A program made the position numbers and the translations under genes. The notes beneath the pieces are model-generated. The model did no database searches and was not told where the DNA came from. It saw nothing but the letters and a program-made list of their open reading frames with translations. A DNA stretch of 45,778 nt, from IMG/VR virus record IMGVR_UViG_2740892271_000013; one strand, written 5' to 3'. Below, piece after piece: positions 9,631 through 20,720 of the stretch. Positions within the stretch are counted from its first letter, which is position 1, and each line of letters opens with the position of its first letter. The stretch comes from a virus. Lineage: Duplodnaviria > Heunggongvirae > Uroviricota > Caudoviricetes.

Positions 9631-10230
9631 TCAGAATTTATAACCGACACCCACGATGAAACCGTCAGTGCGCCAGTCGCCACTGCCGGAGCCTTCATAA
9701 GCAATATCAATGGCCACGGATTCGGTCGGGTTAAACTGCACGCCAGCTCCCCACGCCAGAGACGTGTTGCTGTGGCGACCGTCATCACTTCCGGTCAGCA
9801 CATCGTGCGTTTTCCCCTTGTTGTCAGTTACGCGAAGATAATCCCCGGAGAAAGTCGACACACGGCTGTAAGCCACACCCGCCATCGCATACGCGCTGAA
9901 CCATTCATTCACGCGCACAGACGGCCCCGCCATTACGCTGAACCAGCGGTTACGAACGGAATCTTCATGCCAGCGGGTATCGCTGTAACGGGTCAGCTGG
10001 CGATTCTTGTCTCCTGCATAGCTGAATGACGTCACCAGCCCCAGTGTGTCCGTAAACTCATAACGGTATTTCACGTTAATCCCGTTCAGATCATCACTGC
10101 CGGGGACGTTCGTCGAGGCATGAAGATACCCCGCGCTCAGCGTGGACTGATGTTCAGACGCCCATGCAGGCGCACCGGATACGGCCAGACAAATGGCTGC
10201 GGACAAAATTGCTGCACAAACTTTACGCAT
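9631..10230 (-). CDS. lom: Outer membrane protein Lom (Ail/Lom family moron)
   Basis: 199 aa with signal peptide MRKVCAAILSAAICLAVSGAPAWA, beta-barrel-like alternating pattern, C-terminal GYKF; position between J and stf as in lambda; GAGAGG ribosome-binding site. Confidence 0.85.
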   Translation of the reverse strand: MRKVCAAILSAAICLAVSGAPAWASEHQSTLSAGYLHASTNVPGSDDLNGINVKYRYEFTDTLGLVTSFSYAGDKNRQLTRYSDTRWHEDSVRNRWFSVMAGPSVRVNEWFSAYAMAGVAYSRVSTFSGDYLRVTDNKGKTHDVLTGSDDGRHSNTSLAWGAGVQFNPTESVAIDIAYEGSGSGDWRTDGFIVGVGYKF

Positions 10231-10251
10231 AATTACCTCTCGCTTTTCTGC

Positions 10252-10278
10252 AATAAAAAAGGCGTCATTCCTGACGCC
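10252..10278 (-). terminator. Rho-independent terminator between J and lom
   Basis: Stem GGCGTCA/TGACGCC, loop ttcc, followed on the minus strand by UUUUUUAUU. Confidence 0.6.
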
Positions 10279-10300
10279 CTTTATTGGGGTTATAAATATT

Positions 10301-13300
10301 TCAACGAATACTGATGCCGGAAGCGGCTTTTTTGGTCACAATCACCGTACAGTCGGTGATATTGCCTGCCCCCTGATTGCCTTTCTGGAAAATCTTAAAC
10401 TCCAGAGTGACGCTTCCCCTGCCACTCGGCATATCAATAACTGCACTGTAACTACCGGGAATGGCCCCTTTAGTTTCTCTGGATGCGATTAATACGCCGT
10501 TTTTGCGAACTTCAAAACCATAACCCGTGTATCGCGTGCCTCCTGGGTTATTTCCGCTCCCCGGATCGTCATACGCTATACCGTTAAAAATAATGGGCGG
10601 AATAATAATCTGGCGGTCAAAGTTATGATCATCGCTGATGGTGACTGTAACCGTACCGTTTGGTGTTTCCGTGTTACCCCACGTACCGACTTTTTTCGGG
10701 AAGGCTTTTGATACAGCTTTAACGAAATCTCCTCTGACCTGGGTCGCCTCCAGCATGCCCTTAATCGTACAGTTCTGGTTAATCGTGACATTGTTGAGCG
10801 TCCCTGAATTTGCATTCACATTACCGCTGATATCCGCATTTTTAGCGGTCAGCTTTCCGTCTGGTGTCAGGGAAAATGCCGGCGGATTTCCACCGCTGGT
10901 AATGGTGGGAGCCGTCAGGCGTTTCAGGAACACGTCATTCATGAATATCTGGTTGCCCTGCGCCACAAACATCGGCGTTTCATTCCCGTTTGCCGGGTCA
11001 ATAAACGCGATACGGTTAGCGGCAACCAGAAACTGGCTCAGTTTGCCTTCCTCCGTGTCCTCCATGCTGAGGCCAATACCCGCGACATAATGTTTGCCGT
11101 CTTTGGTCTGCTCAATTTTGACGCCCCACATGGCATTCCACTTATCGTTGGCGTCCTTCCACTCTTTCGAAAACTCCTCCAGTCTGCTGGCGTTATCCTC
11201 CGTCAGGTCGACTTTTTCCAGCAGCTCCTGGCCGAGATGGGATTCGGTTATCTGGCCTTTGAAAAAATCCAGGTAACCTTCCGCATCATCGCTCGCCCGA
11301 CCGACAGCCTCCACGAATGCTGATTTGCCGACGGTGTTCACACTGCGGATATAAAAGTAATAATCATGGCCCGGCTTAATATTGATACTGGCGGCTATCC
11401 AGTACAGCCCCGTGCCAAGGTAGCGGGCTGTGGTTTCAACCTGCCTGATATCCGCAATCCGTTTTTCCGAGAACCAGAACTCAAACTGTACCGTCGGGTC
11501 ATAAACCGCAAGATGCGGCGTGGCGGTTATCTGAAAATAGCCCGGCGTCAGCTCAATCCGCGACGGCGCTGCCGGTGCGGCAATCCGGAACGATACCGAC
11601 GCCGGATCGCCCTGCTGCCCCCACGCATTTACTGCCCGGACTGTCAGCCTGTAGTTCCCCAGAGCCAGTTGTGTGAAGCGGTAAGTGGTTTCCGTCGTCC
11701 GGGCCGTGCTGACCAGCCGCTCACGGCCGTCATCCGCTGCCACGGTCAGGCGAAGCAGGAAGCTCACGCCCTTCACCACCTTCGGCGTGTCCCAGCGGGC
11801 CAGCACCTGGTATTCCCCGCTGTCTGCGGTGACTTCTGCGGTCAGGTGCTGCACCGCTGGCGGCGTGACACCATTTACCGTGCCGCTCTGGTCGCCGTCA
11901 AAGTGCGCCCCGTTATCCACGATGGCCTCTTTTTCCGGTACATGCTGCACGGCAGTGATGGCATACGTGCCGTCGTCGTTCTCACGGATACTCACGCAGC
12001 GGAACAGGCGCTGGCGCAGCGTCGGCAGCTTCAGCCCCCATACGCTGTATTCAGCAACGCCGTCAGGAACACGGCTCACTTTCACCTTCACGCCGTCGGT
12101 GACGGACTGAACCTCCACGCTGACCGGACTCCCCTGCCCGTCAACCAGGCTTATCAGCGTGGTGCCGGAAGATGGCAGCGTGATTTCACGGTCGAGCGTC
12201 AGCGTCCGGGTCTGGCTGTTTACCGCCAGCACGCGCCCGCCGGTGCGGATACCGGCATAGTCATCATCGCAGATTTCAATGACATCGCCCGGTACATGGC
12301 GAAGCCCTTCGGCACCCACGCTGAAGTCCACGGTCTGCGTTTCCAGCAGTTCTGTTTTAATCAGCCACAGCCCGGCGCGGTGTGCCTGCCCCCGGCTGGT
12401 ACAGCCAAAAGCATCCATCTTCGTGACGTTACGACCGTAACGGGCAATGGCCTGCGTGTCCTCCACAAGCTCTGTCGCCGTCTCCCAGCCGTTATTCGGG
12501 TCAATCCAGTTCACCTCAACGGCATTATGGCGGTCCTTCAGGGCGCTGAAGCTGTAGCGGAACGGCGCACCATCATCCGGCATCACCACATTACTGCGGT
12601 TATAGGTCCACACCTTATCCGACGGTCGGTCCTGCACGAACGTCAGCGTCTGCCCGTTCCATACCGGCATACAGCGCATCGCCGAGCAGAAATCACTGAG
12701 CACATCCCACGCCTTGCGCTGTGTGGTCAGGTACGCATTACAGGTGATGCGCGGCTCCGTGCCGCCAAAACCGTCCGGCACCGACTGATCGCAATGCTGG
12801 CCGATGACATACAGCGCCCATTTGTCCACATCCGCCGCACCAAGACGTTTCCCCATGCCGTAGCGCGGATGGGTCAGCATATCCCACAGACACCAGGCCA
12901 TGTTGTTGCTGTATGCTGGCTTAAACGTTCCGTCCCAGATACCGCTGTATTGCCGCGTCTGCGGGTTATAGCTCGACGGCACCTGCAGAATGCGCCCGCG
13001 CAGATGATAATTACGGCTCACCTGCTGGCTGCCGAACTGCTCCGAATCCACCTGCACGCCGACCAGTGCCGTGTTCGGGTAGCACTGTTTCACATCGATG
13101 ATTTCGGTGTATGACGACCAGAGCGTTTTGTTCTGCAGCTGGTCTGTGGTGCTGTCCGGCGTCATCCTGCGCATCCGTATATTGAACGGGCGCGGCGGCA
13201 GGTTACCCACCACCACCGAGGCCAGATACTGCGAGGTGGTTTTGCCCTTAATGGTGATGTCTTTTTCCGTCACCCAGCCACCATTACGTTGTATCTGAAC

Positions 13301-13714
13301 CAGCAGGCGGACTTCCGACGGATTCCTGTCCCCCTTTGAGGTGGTTTCCACCAGTGCCTGCACACCGAAGGTAAAGCGCAGACGGTCAATGTTTGCCGAC
13401 GTGATGGTCCGGGTGATCGGCGTGTCGTATTTCACTTCCGTACCCAGTACCGTCTCGGAACCTGATGATTCAAATCCCTCCGGCGGTGTCTGTTCCTGCT
13501 CACCTGCCCGGAACACCACCGTGACACCAGAGATGTTGGTATTCCCCTCACTGTCCAGCACCGGTGTACTGTTCAGCAGCACGCTTTTTAATCCATCCAC
13601 CGGACCTTCAACCGGCCCTTCGCTGATGGTATCGATCACACTCAGCAACTGCGTGGACTTCAGGTTGTCCTTTGCTTCGCGCGGGGTATGCCCCTTACTG
13701 CTGCCTTTACCCAT
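10301..13714 (-). CDS. J: Tail tip / host-specificity protein J
   Basis: 1137 aa; N-terminal and central regions closely resemble lambda gpJ ([34 protein letters not shown]...); C-terminal receptor-binding part diverges. Confidence 0.9.
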   Translation of the reverse strand: MGKGSSKGHTPREAKDNLKSTQLLSVIDTISEGPVEGPVDGLKSVLLNSTPVLDSEGNTNISGVTVVFRAGEQEQTPPEGFESSGSETVLGTEVKYDTPITRTITSANIDRLRFTFGVQALVETTSKGDRNPSEVRLLVQIQRNGGWVTEKDITIKGKTTSQYLASVVVGNLPPRPFNIRMRRMTPDSTTDQLQNKTLWSSYTEIIDVKQCYPNTALVGVQVDSEQFGSQQVSRNYHLRGRILQVPSSYNPQTRQYSGIWDGTFKPAYSNNMAWCLWDMLTHPRYGMGKRLGAADVDKWALYVIGQHCDQSVPDGFGGTEPRITCNAYLTTQRKAWDVLSDFCSAMRCMPVWNGQTLTFVQDRPSDKVWTYNRSNVVMPDDGAPFRYSFSALKDRHNAVEVNWIDPNNGWETATELVEDTQAIARYGRNVTKMDAFGCTSRGQAHRAGLWLIKTELLETQTVDFSVGAEGLRHVPGDVIEICDDDYAGIRTGGRVLAVNSQTRTLTLDREITLPSSGTTLISLVDGQGSPVSVEVQSVTDGVKVKVSRVPDGVAEYSVWGLKLPTLRQRLFRCVSIRENDDGTYAITAVQHVPEKEAIVDNGAHFDGDQSGTVNGVTPPAVQHLTAEVTADSGEYQVLARWDTPKVVKGVSFLLRLTVAADDGRERLVSTARTTETTYRFTQLALGNYRLTVRAVNAWGQQGDPASVSFRIAAPAAPSRIELTPGYFQITATPHLAVYDPTVQFEFWFSEKRIADIRQVETTARYLGTGLYWIAASINIKPGHDYYFYIRSVNTVGKSAFVEAVGRASDDAEGYLDFFKGQITESHLGQELLEKVDLTEDNASRLEEFSKEWKDANDKWNAMWGVKIEQTKDGKHYVAGIGLSMEDTEEGKLSQFLVAANRIAFIDPANGNETPMFVAQGNQIFMNDVFLKRLTAPTITSGGNPPAFSLTPDGKLTAKNADISGNVNANSGTLNNVTINQNCTIKGMLEATQVRGDFVKAVSKAFPKKVGTWGNTETPNGTVTVTISDDHNFDRQIIIPPIIFNGIAYDDPGSGNNPGGTRYTGYGFEVRKNGVLIASRETKGAIPGSYSAVIDMPSGRGSVTLEFKIFQKGNQGAGNITDCTVIVTKKAASGISIR

Positions 13715-13774
13715 TCCTCACGCTCCATAAACGACAAAACCGCCCGCAGGCGGTTTCACATAAAACATTTTGCA

Positions 13775-14422
13775 TCAGCGACCAATCACCACAACCTGAC
13801 CACCATCCCCTTCGTCTGCCGTGCTGATCTCCTGAGAAACCACACGTGACCCCACGCGCATTTCACCGTACAGAACAGGCAGAACATTGCCCTGGGCAAC
13901 CATGTTATCCAGTGAGGAGAAATAGGTGTTCTGTTTGCCGTTATCTGTACTGGCTGCCGTGGGCGTCCTGGCTTTCGGTGCCAGCATCTGCGCCACTCCG
14001 CCCAGGATCATACTGGCCCCTGCCGCATACATGCCCGATACAGCCGCGGCCCCCAGCCAGCCCACAGGGTTCCACCATGCCACCGCAATCAGCGCCGCCC
14101 CAAGCACCACCTGAAACACACCGCCACTTTTAGCTCCCGCCAGACGCGGCACGATGTGGATCACGGCACCATTTGCCAGCGGCTCATTAAGACGGGCAGA
14201 TAATTCATTTTCGCCTGCATCACGCCCGGCAATGCGCACCTGATACCAGCCCTCATTCAGTTTCTGACGAAACGCCGGGATCTGCATGGCCAGCGCCCGG
14301 ATGGCTTCGGACCCCGTTTTCACTCGAAGGTCGATGCGGCGGCCAAATCGTTGTAAATCCCCGTAAAGGCAGATGCGTGCCATGCCCGGTGACGCCAGAG
14401 GGAGTGTGTGCGTCGCTGCCAT
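13775..14422 (-). CDS. I: Tail assembly protein I
   Basis: 215 aa; C-terminal NGKQNTYFSSLDNMVAQGNVLPVLYGEMRVGSRVVSQEISTADEGDGGQVVVIGR as in lambda gpI; start may be the internal Met at 14383. Confidence 0.8.
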   Translation of the reverse strand: MAATHTLPLASPGMARICLYGDLQRFGRRIDLRVKTGSEAIRALAMQIPAFRQKLNEGWYQVRIAGRDAGENELSARLNEPLANGAVIHIVPRLAGAKSGGVFQVVLGAALIAVAWWNPVGWLGAAAVSGMYAAGASMILGGVAQMLAPKARTPTAASTDNGKQNTYFSSLDNMVAQGNVLPVLYGEMRVGSRVVSQEISTADEGDGGQVVVIGR

Positions 14423-15063
14423 TTGTCGGTATACCTCTCTCGTTTGCTCAGTTGTTCAGGAATATGGTGCAGCAGCTCGCCGTCACCACAGTAAATGGCG
14501 GCATGATTCGGCACCGATGAACCAAAACAGCACAGCAGCACATCGCCCGGCTGCGCCGCTGACAACGGCACCTGATACAGCCCTGTAGCCTCCAGATTAT
14601 CCAGATAGAGATTCTGACCGTGACGCCACCAGTCATCCCCGCGATGAAAATCCGGCATCTCAATCCCCGCCAGATGGTAAGCATCCCGGAACAGCGTGTA
14701 ACAGTCCGTCACCCCGTGCTCAAAGCGCCGCCCGGTAAGATGTGGCACACAGCGGAACTTGTGAATCGCCCCCCGGCAGACCAGCCACCACGGCAAATCA
14801 CTCTGCACCTGCAGCCGCCGGTCGGCCTCACTCAGCCAGGGCAGACCACCGGGGTGGCTGTGGACCAGCGCCACAATCTCACCCTGCATCTCTGCCCGCA
14901 GCCAGTCCTCCGGCGACATCCGGAAATACTCCTCCGGCTCACCGGAGATATTCACGCAGGGAAAATATCTTTCCCCCTCCGGTGTTCTCACCACGAAGCC
15001 GCACGACTCCGCTGGCGCACATCGCCGGGCGTGCGCCAGAATCGCTGATTCTGTCTCTGTCAT
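14320..15063 (-). CDS. K: Tail assembly protein K (JAB/MPN plus NlpC/P60-like)
   Basis: 247 aa with the HSHP metal-binding motif (EIVALVHSHPGG) and a Cys/His hydrolase-like C-terminal half, in the lambda gpK position; overlaps I. Confidence 0.8.
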   Translation of the reverse strand: MTETESAILAHARRCAPAESCGFVVRTPEGERYFPCVNISGEPEEYFRMSPEDWLRAEMQGEIVALVHSHPGGLPWLSEADRRLQVQSDLPWWLVCRGAIHKFRCVPHLTGRRFEHGVTDCYTLFRDAYHLAGIEMPDFHRGDDWWRHGQNLYLDNLEATGLYQVPLSAAQPGDVLLCCFGSSVPNHAAIYCGDGELLHHIPEQLSKRERYTDKWQRRTHSLWRHRAWHASAFTGIYNDLAAASTFE

Positions 15064-15068
15064 GGGAT

Positions 15069-15806
15069 TTACTGCGAAAGTTTGTTAATGGAAAGGAAGC
15101 CGCCAAAGTTGCCGACGTTATTGCGAAACTTACAGCCGCTCAGGCATTTGCTGCATTTATCCTTCGTGATATCGGACGTCGGCTGATCATATTCATCCGC
15201 GACCGCCGGACCGTGATAACCGCACTCATCGCCGCGATAGGTCCAGGTGCAGGTGTTGGCCAGCATGATACGTCCCGGAAAAACGGCACCGTCCGTTTCC
15301 GTCGGCGTGGACAGTACAAAGGAGGCACTGACCGCGCTCAGTTCGCTGCACTGCTCGATGCGCCAGCGGCTGATCACCTCCTGCTCCGGATCGGCGTCAC
15401 TGTTTCCGTTGACGAAGTTCACCGCATCCAGAAAACGGGCGTAAACCTTACGCCGGACCACCGTTCCGCCGACCAGACTCTGCAGATCTTCCGCCATCCC
15501 GGTGACCATGCCGTGCAGGTTAGAAACCGTCAGTGTCGGACGGGCAGCACTGCCCTTGCCGTTCAGTTCAANNNNNNNNNNNNNNNNNNNNNNNNNNNNN
15601 NNNNNNNNNNATCCCGTCCCCTGAATGGGATACGCCTGATACTGTCGCCCCTGCCAGGTGACCGGCTCACCTTTTTCGTTCTGCTCATTACAGAAAAAAT
15701 AACGTTCTCCACCGACCTCTGTCAGATCGATTTCCCAGAGCACCACCTGGGCTGACTGAGTGAGGCGTGTCGTCTCATGATGTGTTTCCTGTGGAATATC
15801 CTGCAT
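15069..15806 (-). CDS. L: Minor tail protein L
   Basis: 245 aa resembling lambda gpL including C-terminal Cys cluster (CSKCLSGCKF); contains a 39-nt N run. Confidence 0.8.
   Translation of the reverse strand: MQDIPQETHHETTRLTQSAQVVLWEIDLTEVGGERYFFCNEQNEKGEPVTWQGRQYQAYPIQGTGXXXXXXXXXXXXXXELNGKGSAARPTLTVSNLHGMVTGMAEDLQSLVGGTVVRRKVYARFLDAVNFVNGNSDADPEQEVISRWRIEQCSELSAVSASFVLSTPTETDGAVFPGRIMLANTCTWTYRGDECGYHGPAVADEYDQPTSDITKDKCSKCLSGCKFRNNVGNFGGFLSINKLSQ
15572..15610. other. Run of N inside gene L
   Basis: 39 consecutive n characters. Confidence 1.
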
Positions 15807-15815
15807 CAGAGACTC

Positions 15816-16145
15816 CTATGCCACGACCTGTTCAAAATCTGCCGTTATGGTTACCCACAACGCCCCCACGCTTGCCGACCATTTACGACAAACCACCCTG
15901 ATCGGCTTCCAGTCATAAGGTGGCGTCCACTGAAATGCGCGGACGCCACCGTGCCGTTCCAGAAAGGCTTTTAAAGATGGGTGTTCACATTTACGAACAC
16001 GTATCGTCACGCTGTAAGTCGACAACTGGTTATTCAGTCCCGCCGCACGACGCTGTTCATAACCATCGCCCAGCTTCACTGTCACCACTTTCGGCTCTGA
16101 TACCACATTCATATCCGGGCGCACTTTCCAGTGAAACGTCTCCAT
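15816..16145 (-). CDS. M: Minor tail protein M
   Basis: 109 aa METFHWKVRPDMNVVSEPKVVTVKLGDGYEQR... resembling lambda gpM. Confidence 0.8.
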   Translation of the reverse strand: METFHWKVRPDMNVVSEPKVVTVKLGDGYEQRRAAGLNNQLSTYSVTIRVRKCEHPSLKAFLERHGGVRAFQWTPPYDWKPIRVVCRKWSASVGALWVTITADFEQVVA

Positions 16146-19100
16146 TACCGATATGCTCCACTTAACCGACCACCATCACGGGCCTGCTGTTGCATAAAGT
16201 CCGCTGCCGCTTTTTTCCCAAGGTCATAAACCACCTTCAGGGCAGCCGGACCTATCTGCCCGTTCGTGCCATCGTTATTGATCTCGATGTTGTACTGCGG
16301 GGCAAACATCGCCATACCTGAACCACCAATATCCGCCACAACCCCCAGCTTACCGTCAGCACCACGACGCAGTGGCAGAATGGCTTCAGGTCCCGCTTCC
16401 CCCATCACACCCGCGCCTTTTGCAAAAGCAAAAAACGTCGGACGGTTAACCACCGTGCCACTGTAACGACTCAAATCAGCAGACTGATAAATCCCCCCAT
16501 TGGCATTCAGGGAAAGGCTGCTGAGATCAAATCCCAGTACACTGCCAATCCCTTTTATCGATTTCATCATGGTTGCCTGCGCCAGGATTTTCGCCATATC
16601 TGACAGCACAGAAGAGGTGAAGGATTTGAAATTGAGTTTGCCGGTAGTGACAAAAGTTGCCAGGCCATTTCCCATGTTGCTGAAGGCTGACGAGAACACC
16701 TGTTCTGCTGTTCCTGCCGTATTATCTGCATCCACGGTAAAATCCTGAAATGCACGCAGGACTCCGTTTTTCCAGTTACCCTGCACAACTTCAAGCTGTT
16801 GCCAGTAACGGCGATTCTCATTCAGTTGTCGGTTCAGGCTCTCCGTCAGCGCCTGCTCGGCCTTTCTGTAGTCATCCGTGTTATATGTTCCTTTCTGCTC
16901 ACTATCCCGCCTCAACTGCTCCAGCTGTTGCTGGTATTTCTGGCGAAGACTCAGTTGTACCTGATATCGCTGCCGCTGCTGATCACCCATACCCACCGTG
17001 GCGATATCCAGGTCATGTTGCTGACGCTGAGCGCGCTCTTCTTCAGCCAGTTGACTGGTCAGCTGAATTGTTTTTTTCTTCAGCTCGTTGAGTGCCGTCT
17101 GTTTCTGAAGCTCCTGCTGTTTTACATCCAGCAGCGTCAGTGCCTGAATCAGTTCATCTTTACGGGCCAGCACACTCTTTTCATCTGCCGTCAGTTTTTT
17201 CCCGTCCAGGTCGCTGATGCGCTGCTGCAGAGCCAGAAGCTGTTTATGCGCTTCTGTCATCCTTTCCGTGGCAATGCCTGCTGACTGTCTGGCAGCAGCA
17301 ATCTGTCCTTCCACCTGTGCCTGTTGCTGACTGTACTGCAGCAATAACCGGGTGGCCTCATCATTACGGGGTTCGCGTGTTTTTTTCTTACCGGATGCCA
17401 GGGCTTTCTCGTAACGTTCATTTTCACGTTGTATCGCCGCATCCCTGACAGCCTGATCGGCGTACTGCATGGAATTAATACGCGCAATTTCACGCTGATG
17501 TCGTGCTGCTTCCGTTTCATTCATCCGGTTCAGTGCAGCATTTTCAGCATTACGGCGTTTCTGTTGCTCCTGATAATTCCGCTCTGCCTGCTCTTTTGCA
17601 TCCTGCAAATCCTTCTGGCGTTTTTTCTCCTGAAGCTCGTTAAGACGCTGCTGATCGTACTCAACCTGAGAAGATGATGCCGTCCAGGGGAGTCTTTTCG
17701 CCCGCGACACTTTCTCCTGTAAAGCGGAAATCTGTTCATCCAGCGAGTCTTCACGACCAATATTCATGGCCGCATCCCAGAAACGACTCCATAAATCAGA
17801 CAGATACTTCAGCGTACTGCCCAGCGCATTGAGGTTATTATCAATATCCGCAGTACGCCGACCGGTTTCCTCTGCCAGTGCAGACATGGCTATCCGTGCC
17901 GCATCACTGGACCGCCCCTGTTCCCCAAGGACGCGTATCTGCTCAAGCTGAGTGGCAGTAAGAAAATGCAGCTCATTGTCCAGAGCCTTCGCGGCATTTA
18001 CAGGATCATCCTTCAGCCGCTTAAACTGATTTATGGTATCGCTGACCGACTGGCCAACCGATCGCTCCATCTGTGCGGCAGCTCTCGCCACCATACCGAT
18101 ATCGTTTCCACGAAATGCACCACTCCCCACCACCTGAGCCAGCGCACCGGCTGCAGCATGTTGCGTAATACCATTCCCGGAAATAGCACGACTGAGCGTC
18201 CACAGCTGCCCGGCAGTGACTCCGGCATAATGCCCCGTCAGCGACAACTGGCGGTTAAATTCTTCCCCCTCCTTCTGACCGTCATACCAGGCTTTACCCA
18301 GACCATAGACAGCCGCGGCAATACCGCCAATAACCCCGCCCAGCATCATGCCTTTCGGTGACATCAGTGTGTCTATCCATCCGGCACGGTTAGCCAGCGT
18401 TATTCCGGACCCCCTCAGCGCCCCTAAATTGCCGCGGGCCAGTTCACCTATCAGAACGCCTATCTCCTGGCGGGCTGCTGCACTTTTCAGACCCAGCGAA
18501 TGCGTGGCTTTTCCTGCCTGCTCCATTTTGCGGATATACACTTCTGCAGCACTGCTTACCCCCAGCTGGGCAGCCTTAGCACGAAGCAACTCAGAAGATG
18601 AAAGATTCTGGCGGGTTGCCTGCTCTTTAAGCTGACGGATAAACGCCACTTTCTGTCGGGTAGCCTCTTCCTCAGCCTGTGTAAGAACACGGGTTTTCGC
18701 CGTAACCTCAGAAATCAGCGCCAGATAATCCTGCTGACCAATCCCGCCACTGTTTCTGGCCTGTCGGATCTGCTGCTGAATACGCTGTAATTCCTGCAGC
18801 CCCGCACTGGCCTGTTTCACACTGTCAATCTGACGATAAAACGCAGCAGCCGCTTTATCCTGAGCCTCCGCCAGAGCCATGGCCTGCGCCTGTTCCTCGC
18901 GCATTTTCTGGCTCAGTGCCTCCATGCGCTGGCGGGTTTTCTCCACCTCGCGGGACATGCGTTCATGAGCCTGTGCGTTCTTCTCCACCGTCTGCGCATG
19001 GACGGATGCGGCTGTTGCAGCCGAAGAAGCCGCCTGCGTTGTCTGCCGGGCGGCCTGAGTCTGACGCTCCATAAAACGCTGCATACGGGCAGAAGACCGT

Positions 19101-19210
19101 TCTGCATCGCTGGCTGCACCATTCAGAAGGTTTTTGATACGGGGAATTTCATTTTTAAACTCTGCCGCATCAATCCCCAAATCAATGACCAGGTTGGCTA
19201 TCTGGTCCAT
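16145..19210 (-). CDS. H: Tail length tape measure protein H
   Basis: About 1020 aa, coiled-coil-rich Ala/Gln/Arg/Glu composition, lambda H position; start chosen at the Met (19210) preceded by GGAGGTG, the longer ORF start at 19240 is an upstream extension. Confidence 0.8.
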   Translation of the reverse strand: MDQIANLVIDLGIDAAEFKNEIPRIKNLLNGAASDAERSSARMQRFMERQTQAARQTTQAASSAATAASVHAQTVEKNAQAHERMSREVEKTRQRMEALSQKMREEQAQAMALAEAQDKAAAAFYRQIDSVKQASAGLQELQRIQQQIRQARNSGGIGQQDYLALISEVTAKTRVLTQAEEEATRQKVAFIRQLKEQATRQNLSSSELLRAKAAQLGVSSAAEVYIRKMEQAGKATHSLGLKSAAARQEIGVLIGELARGNLGALRGSGITLANRAGWIDTLMSPKGMMLGGVIGGIAAAVYGLGKAWYDGQKEGEEFNRQLSLTGHYAGVTAGQLWTLSRAISGNGITQHAAAGALAQVVGSGAFRGNDIGMVARAAAQMERSVGQSVSDTINQFKRLKDDPVNAAKALDNELHFLTATQLEQIRVLGEQGRSSDAARIAMSALAEETGRRTADIDNNLNALGSTLKYLSDLWSRFWDAAMNIGREDSLDEQISALQEKVSRAKRLPWTASSSQVEYDQQRLNELQEKKRQKDLQDAKEQAERNYQEQQKRRNAENAALNRMNETEAARHQREIARINSMQYADQAVRDAAIQRENERYEKALASGKKKTREPRNDEATRLLLQYSQQQAQVEGQIAAARQSAGIATERMTEAHKQLLALQQRISDLDGKKLTADEKSVLARKDELIQALTLLDVKQQELQKQTALNELKKKTIQLTSQLAEEERAQRQQHDLDIATVGMGDQQRQRYQVQLSLRQKYQQQLEQLRRDSEQKGTYNTDDYRKAEQALTESLNRQLNENRRYWQQLEVVQGNWKNGVLRAFQDFTVDADNTAGTAEQVFSSAFSNMGNGLATFVTTGKLNFKSFTSSVLSDMAKILAQATMMKSIKGIGSVLGFDLSSLSLNANGGIYQSADLSRYSGTVVNRPTFFAFAKGAGVMGEAGPEAILPLRRGADGKLGVVADIGGSGMAMFAPQYNIEINNDGTNGQIGPAALKVVYDLGKKAAADFMQQQARDGGRLSGAYR

Positions 19211-19511
19211 AACGCACACCTCCGGAAATACCTTCCCCAAGATGCATCAGTTCTTCGTCCGTTCGCTCCGGTATCCCGTTCTCTTCCGGTAAAAGGCTGA
19301 AATCAGCCACCGCAGCATCACTGCTGCCGGACACCATTCTCACGATCAATGCCTTCAGCGAGGCAAACTGCGCATCCATCCACACATCACTGAAGCTCTG
19401 CATCCGGAAATAATCGCCCCACTGACCAAGCTCAGTGGCCGACATTTCCGACAGCATCCGCCGCCAGTCTGCCCGCCGGAACTCCCGGGCAAGCCGCATG
19501 ACAAACTGCAT
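19182..19511 (-). CDS. T: Tail assembly chaperone T segment (predicted to be made as a G-T fusion by -1 frameshift)
   Basis: ORF in the -1 frame relative to G, overlapping its 3' end, exactly the lambda G/T arrangement; 109-aa frame. Confidence 0.6.
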   Translation of the reverse strand: MQFVMRLAREFRRADWRRMLSEMSATELGQWGDYFRMQSFSDVWMDAQFASLKALIVRMVSGSSDAAVADFSLLPEENGIPERTDEELMHLGEGISGGVRYGPDSQPGH

Positions 19512-19519
19512 TTCCCGCG

Positions 19520-19909
19520 TCAGGACTTTTCCGGCGTCAGCCCCTCATGCTCCAAATCCCCGGCATTATCAATGGCCCCCATACCGCTCAGCGACAGAAC
19601 CATCTCCGCCCCCGCACCCAGGGCATCATACGACCATGTTGTAATAACGGATGCGTAAAGCGTCTCAACATCCTGAGACTGTTCCGCATTCCACAGTGAG
19701 CGGGAAACCAGCCAGGCATTGATATCCATCCCCATCCGCAGAAAAGCAATCTGTCGTTCAGCCTCCGGCAGTTCTCCCTCCCCGGCATCAAACTTTGCCG
19801 TTCGCTGCTGAACAAACGTCAGATATTCAATTCTCTGCAGCCCGGACAGCTCACTGAGCACCACGGACTGTTTTTCATAATTAAACGTGTCCTGTTTCAG
19901 AAACATCAT
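19520..19909 (-). CDS. G: Tail assembly chaperone G
   Basis: 129 aa from ATG at 19909 (MMFLKQDTFNYEK...), AGGTGGAG ribosome-binding site; position between V and H; T frame overlaps its end. Confidence 0.75.
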   Translation of the reverse strand: MMFLKQDTFNYEKQSVVLSELSGLQRIEYLTFVQQRTAKFDAGEGELPEAERQIAFLRMGMDINAWLVSRSLWNAEQSQDVETLYASVITTWSYDALGAGAEMVLSLSGMGAIDNAGDLEHEGLTPEKS

Positions 19910-19921
19910 GTTCTCCACCTG

Positions 19922-19946
19922 TAAAAAAGCCCCGAATAACCGGGGC
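19922..19946 (-). terminator. Rho-independent hairpin between V and G (possible attenuator)
   Basis: Stem GCCCCGG/CGGGGC with loop ttatt followed on the minus strand by UUUUUUAC. Confidence 0.5.
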
Positions 19947-19966
19947 AAATGATGAGTATCGTCCTG

Positions 19967-20710
19967 TTAACCTGCTGCGCTGACAGTCACCGTAGCCACT
20001 GCCACAAAATTCCCGTCAGCGGTCATGCCCACAATGCTGACACTGCCCTGCTTCACGCCTTTCACCGTGGCCACAAGCCCGTTCAGGGTCACCGTGGCAG
20101 TCTGTGGATCTGTCGAATGCACACTGATCGCTTTGTCACTGGCTCCGTCAGGTTTTACTGTAAAGGTCAGCGTGGTGGTTGCTCCCACTTTTACACTGGC
20201 AGATGCCGGTGCCACCGTCAGCCCGGTAACGCTCACTGTTTCAGTGCCTTCCTCTGCCAGATACGGACGCCCCACACCGCTGATTTTCACTGTGCGGGTC
20301 ATCACGTCTTTTGAGGCAATGGTTTTACCCAGTGAACTCAGCCAGCCACGGAAAACATCAACAGTACCGTTGGGATATTTGATACGAAACGCGCAGACTT
20401 CACCGGAGTCGAACAACTGAACCAGTTTTTTCTGCCCGCTGTCACCCGGACGCCAGGCCAGCGTCGCCGAAGTATCACCAACGGATTTCTGCCCCTGGGT
20501 TGTCGTTTTCCAGTCTGCATCTTCATCATCGAGATAAGTGTCATCTTCTGCATCAGCGGTCATTTCGCCAGGTTGCAGATCCTTCACCATCGCAAGACGC
20601 AGCCAGTCAGTGTCCGATAAAGGGTTCGCAAACGCATCGCCCTTGCCGGTATACATCCAGAACGTCGTTCCCGCACCTTTCGTTTTTGCCAGTGGATTTG
20701 GTGTGGTCAT
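19967..20710 (-). CDS. V: Major tail protein V (with C-terminal Ig-like domain)
   Basis: 247 aa from the internal Met MTTPNPLAKTKGAGTTFWMY... preceded by GGAGGTGG; C-terminal Thr/Val-rich Ig-like stretch as in lambda gpV. Confidence 0.85.
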   Translation of the reverse strand: MTTPNPLAKTKGAGTTFWMYTGKGDAFANPLSDTDWLRLAMVKDLQPGEMTADAEDDTYLDDEDADWKTTTQGQKSVGDTSATLAWRPGDSGQKKLVQLFDSGEVCAFRIKYPNGTVDVFRGWLSSLGKTIASKDVMTRTVKISGVGRPYLAEEGTETVSVTGLTVAPASASVKVGATTTLTFTVKPDGASDKAISVHSTDPQTATVTLNGLVATVKGVKQGSVSIVGMTADGNFVAVATVTVSAAG

Positions 20711-20720
20711 TACCACCTCC

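Noticed and set aside
11366-13114. 582-aa plus-strand ORF antisense to J, plus the 141-aa ORF at 11685-12110
   Set aside because: Antisense to a strongly supported gene, Arg/His/Pro-rich composition, no ribosome-binding site; typical GC-rich antisense artefact.
14742-15755. 337-aa plus-strand ORF antisense to K and L
   Set aside because: Spans an N run, is antisense to two conserved tail genes, and has low-complexity Pro/Ala/Arg composition.
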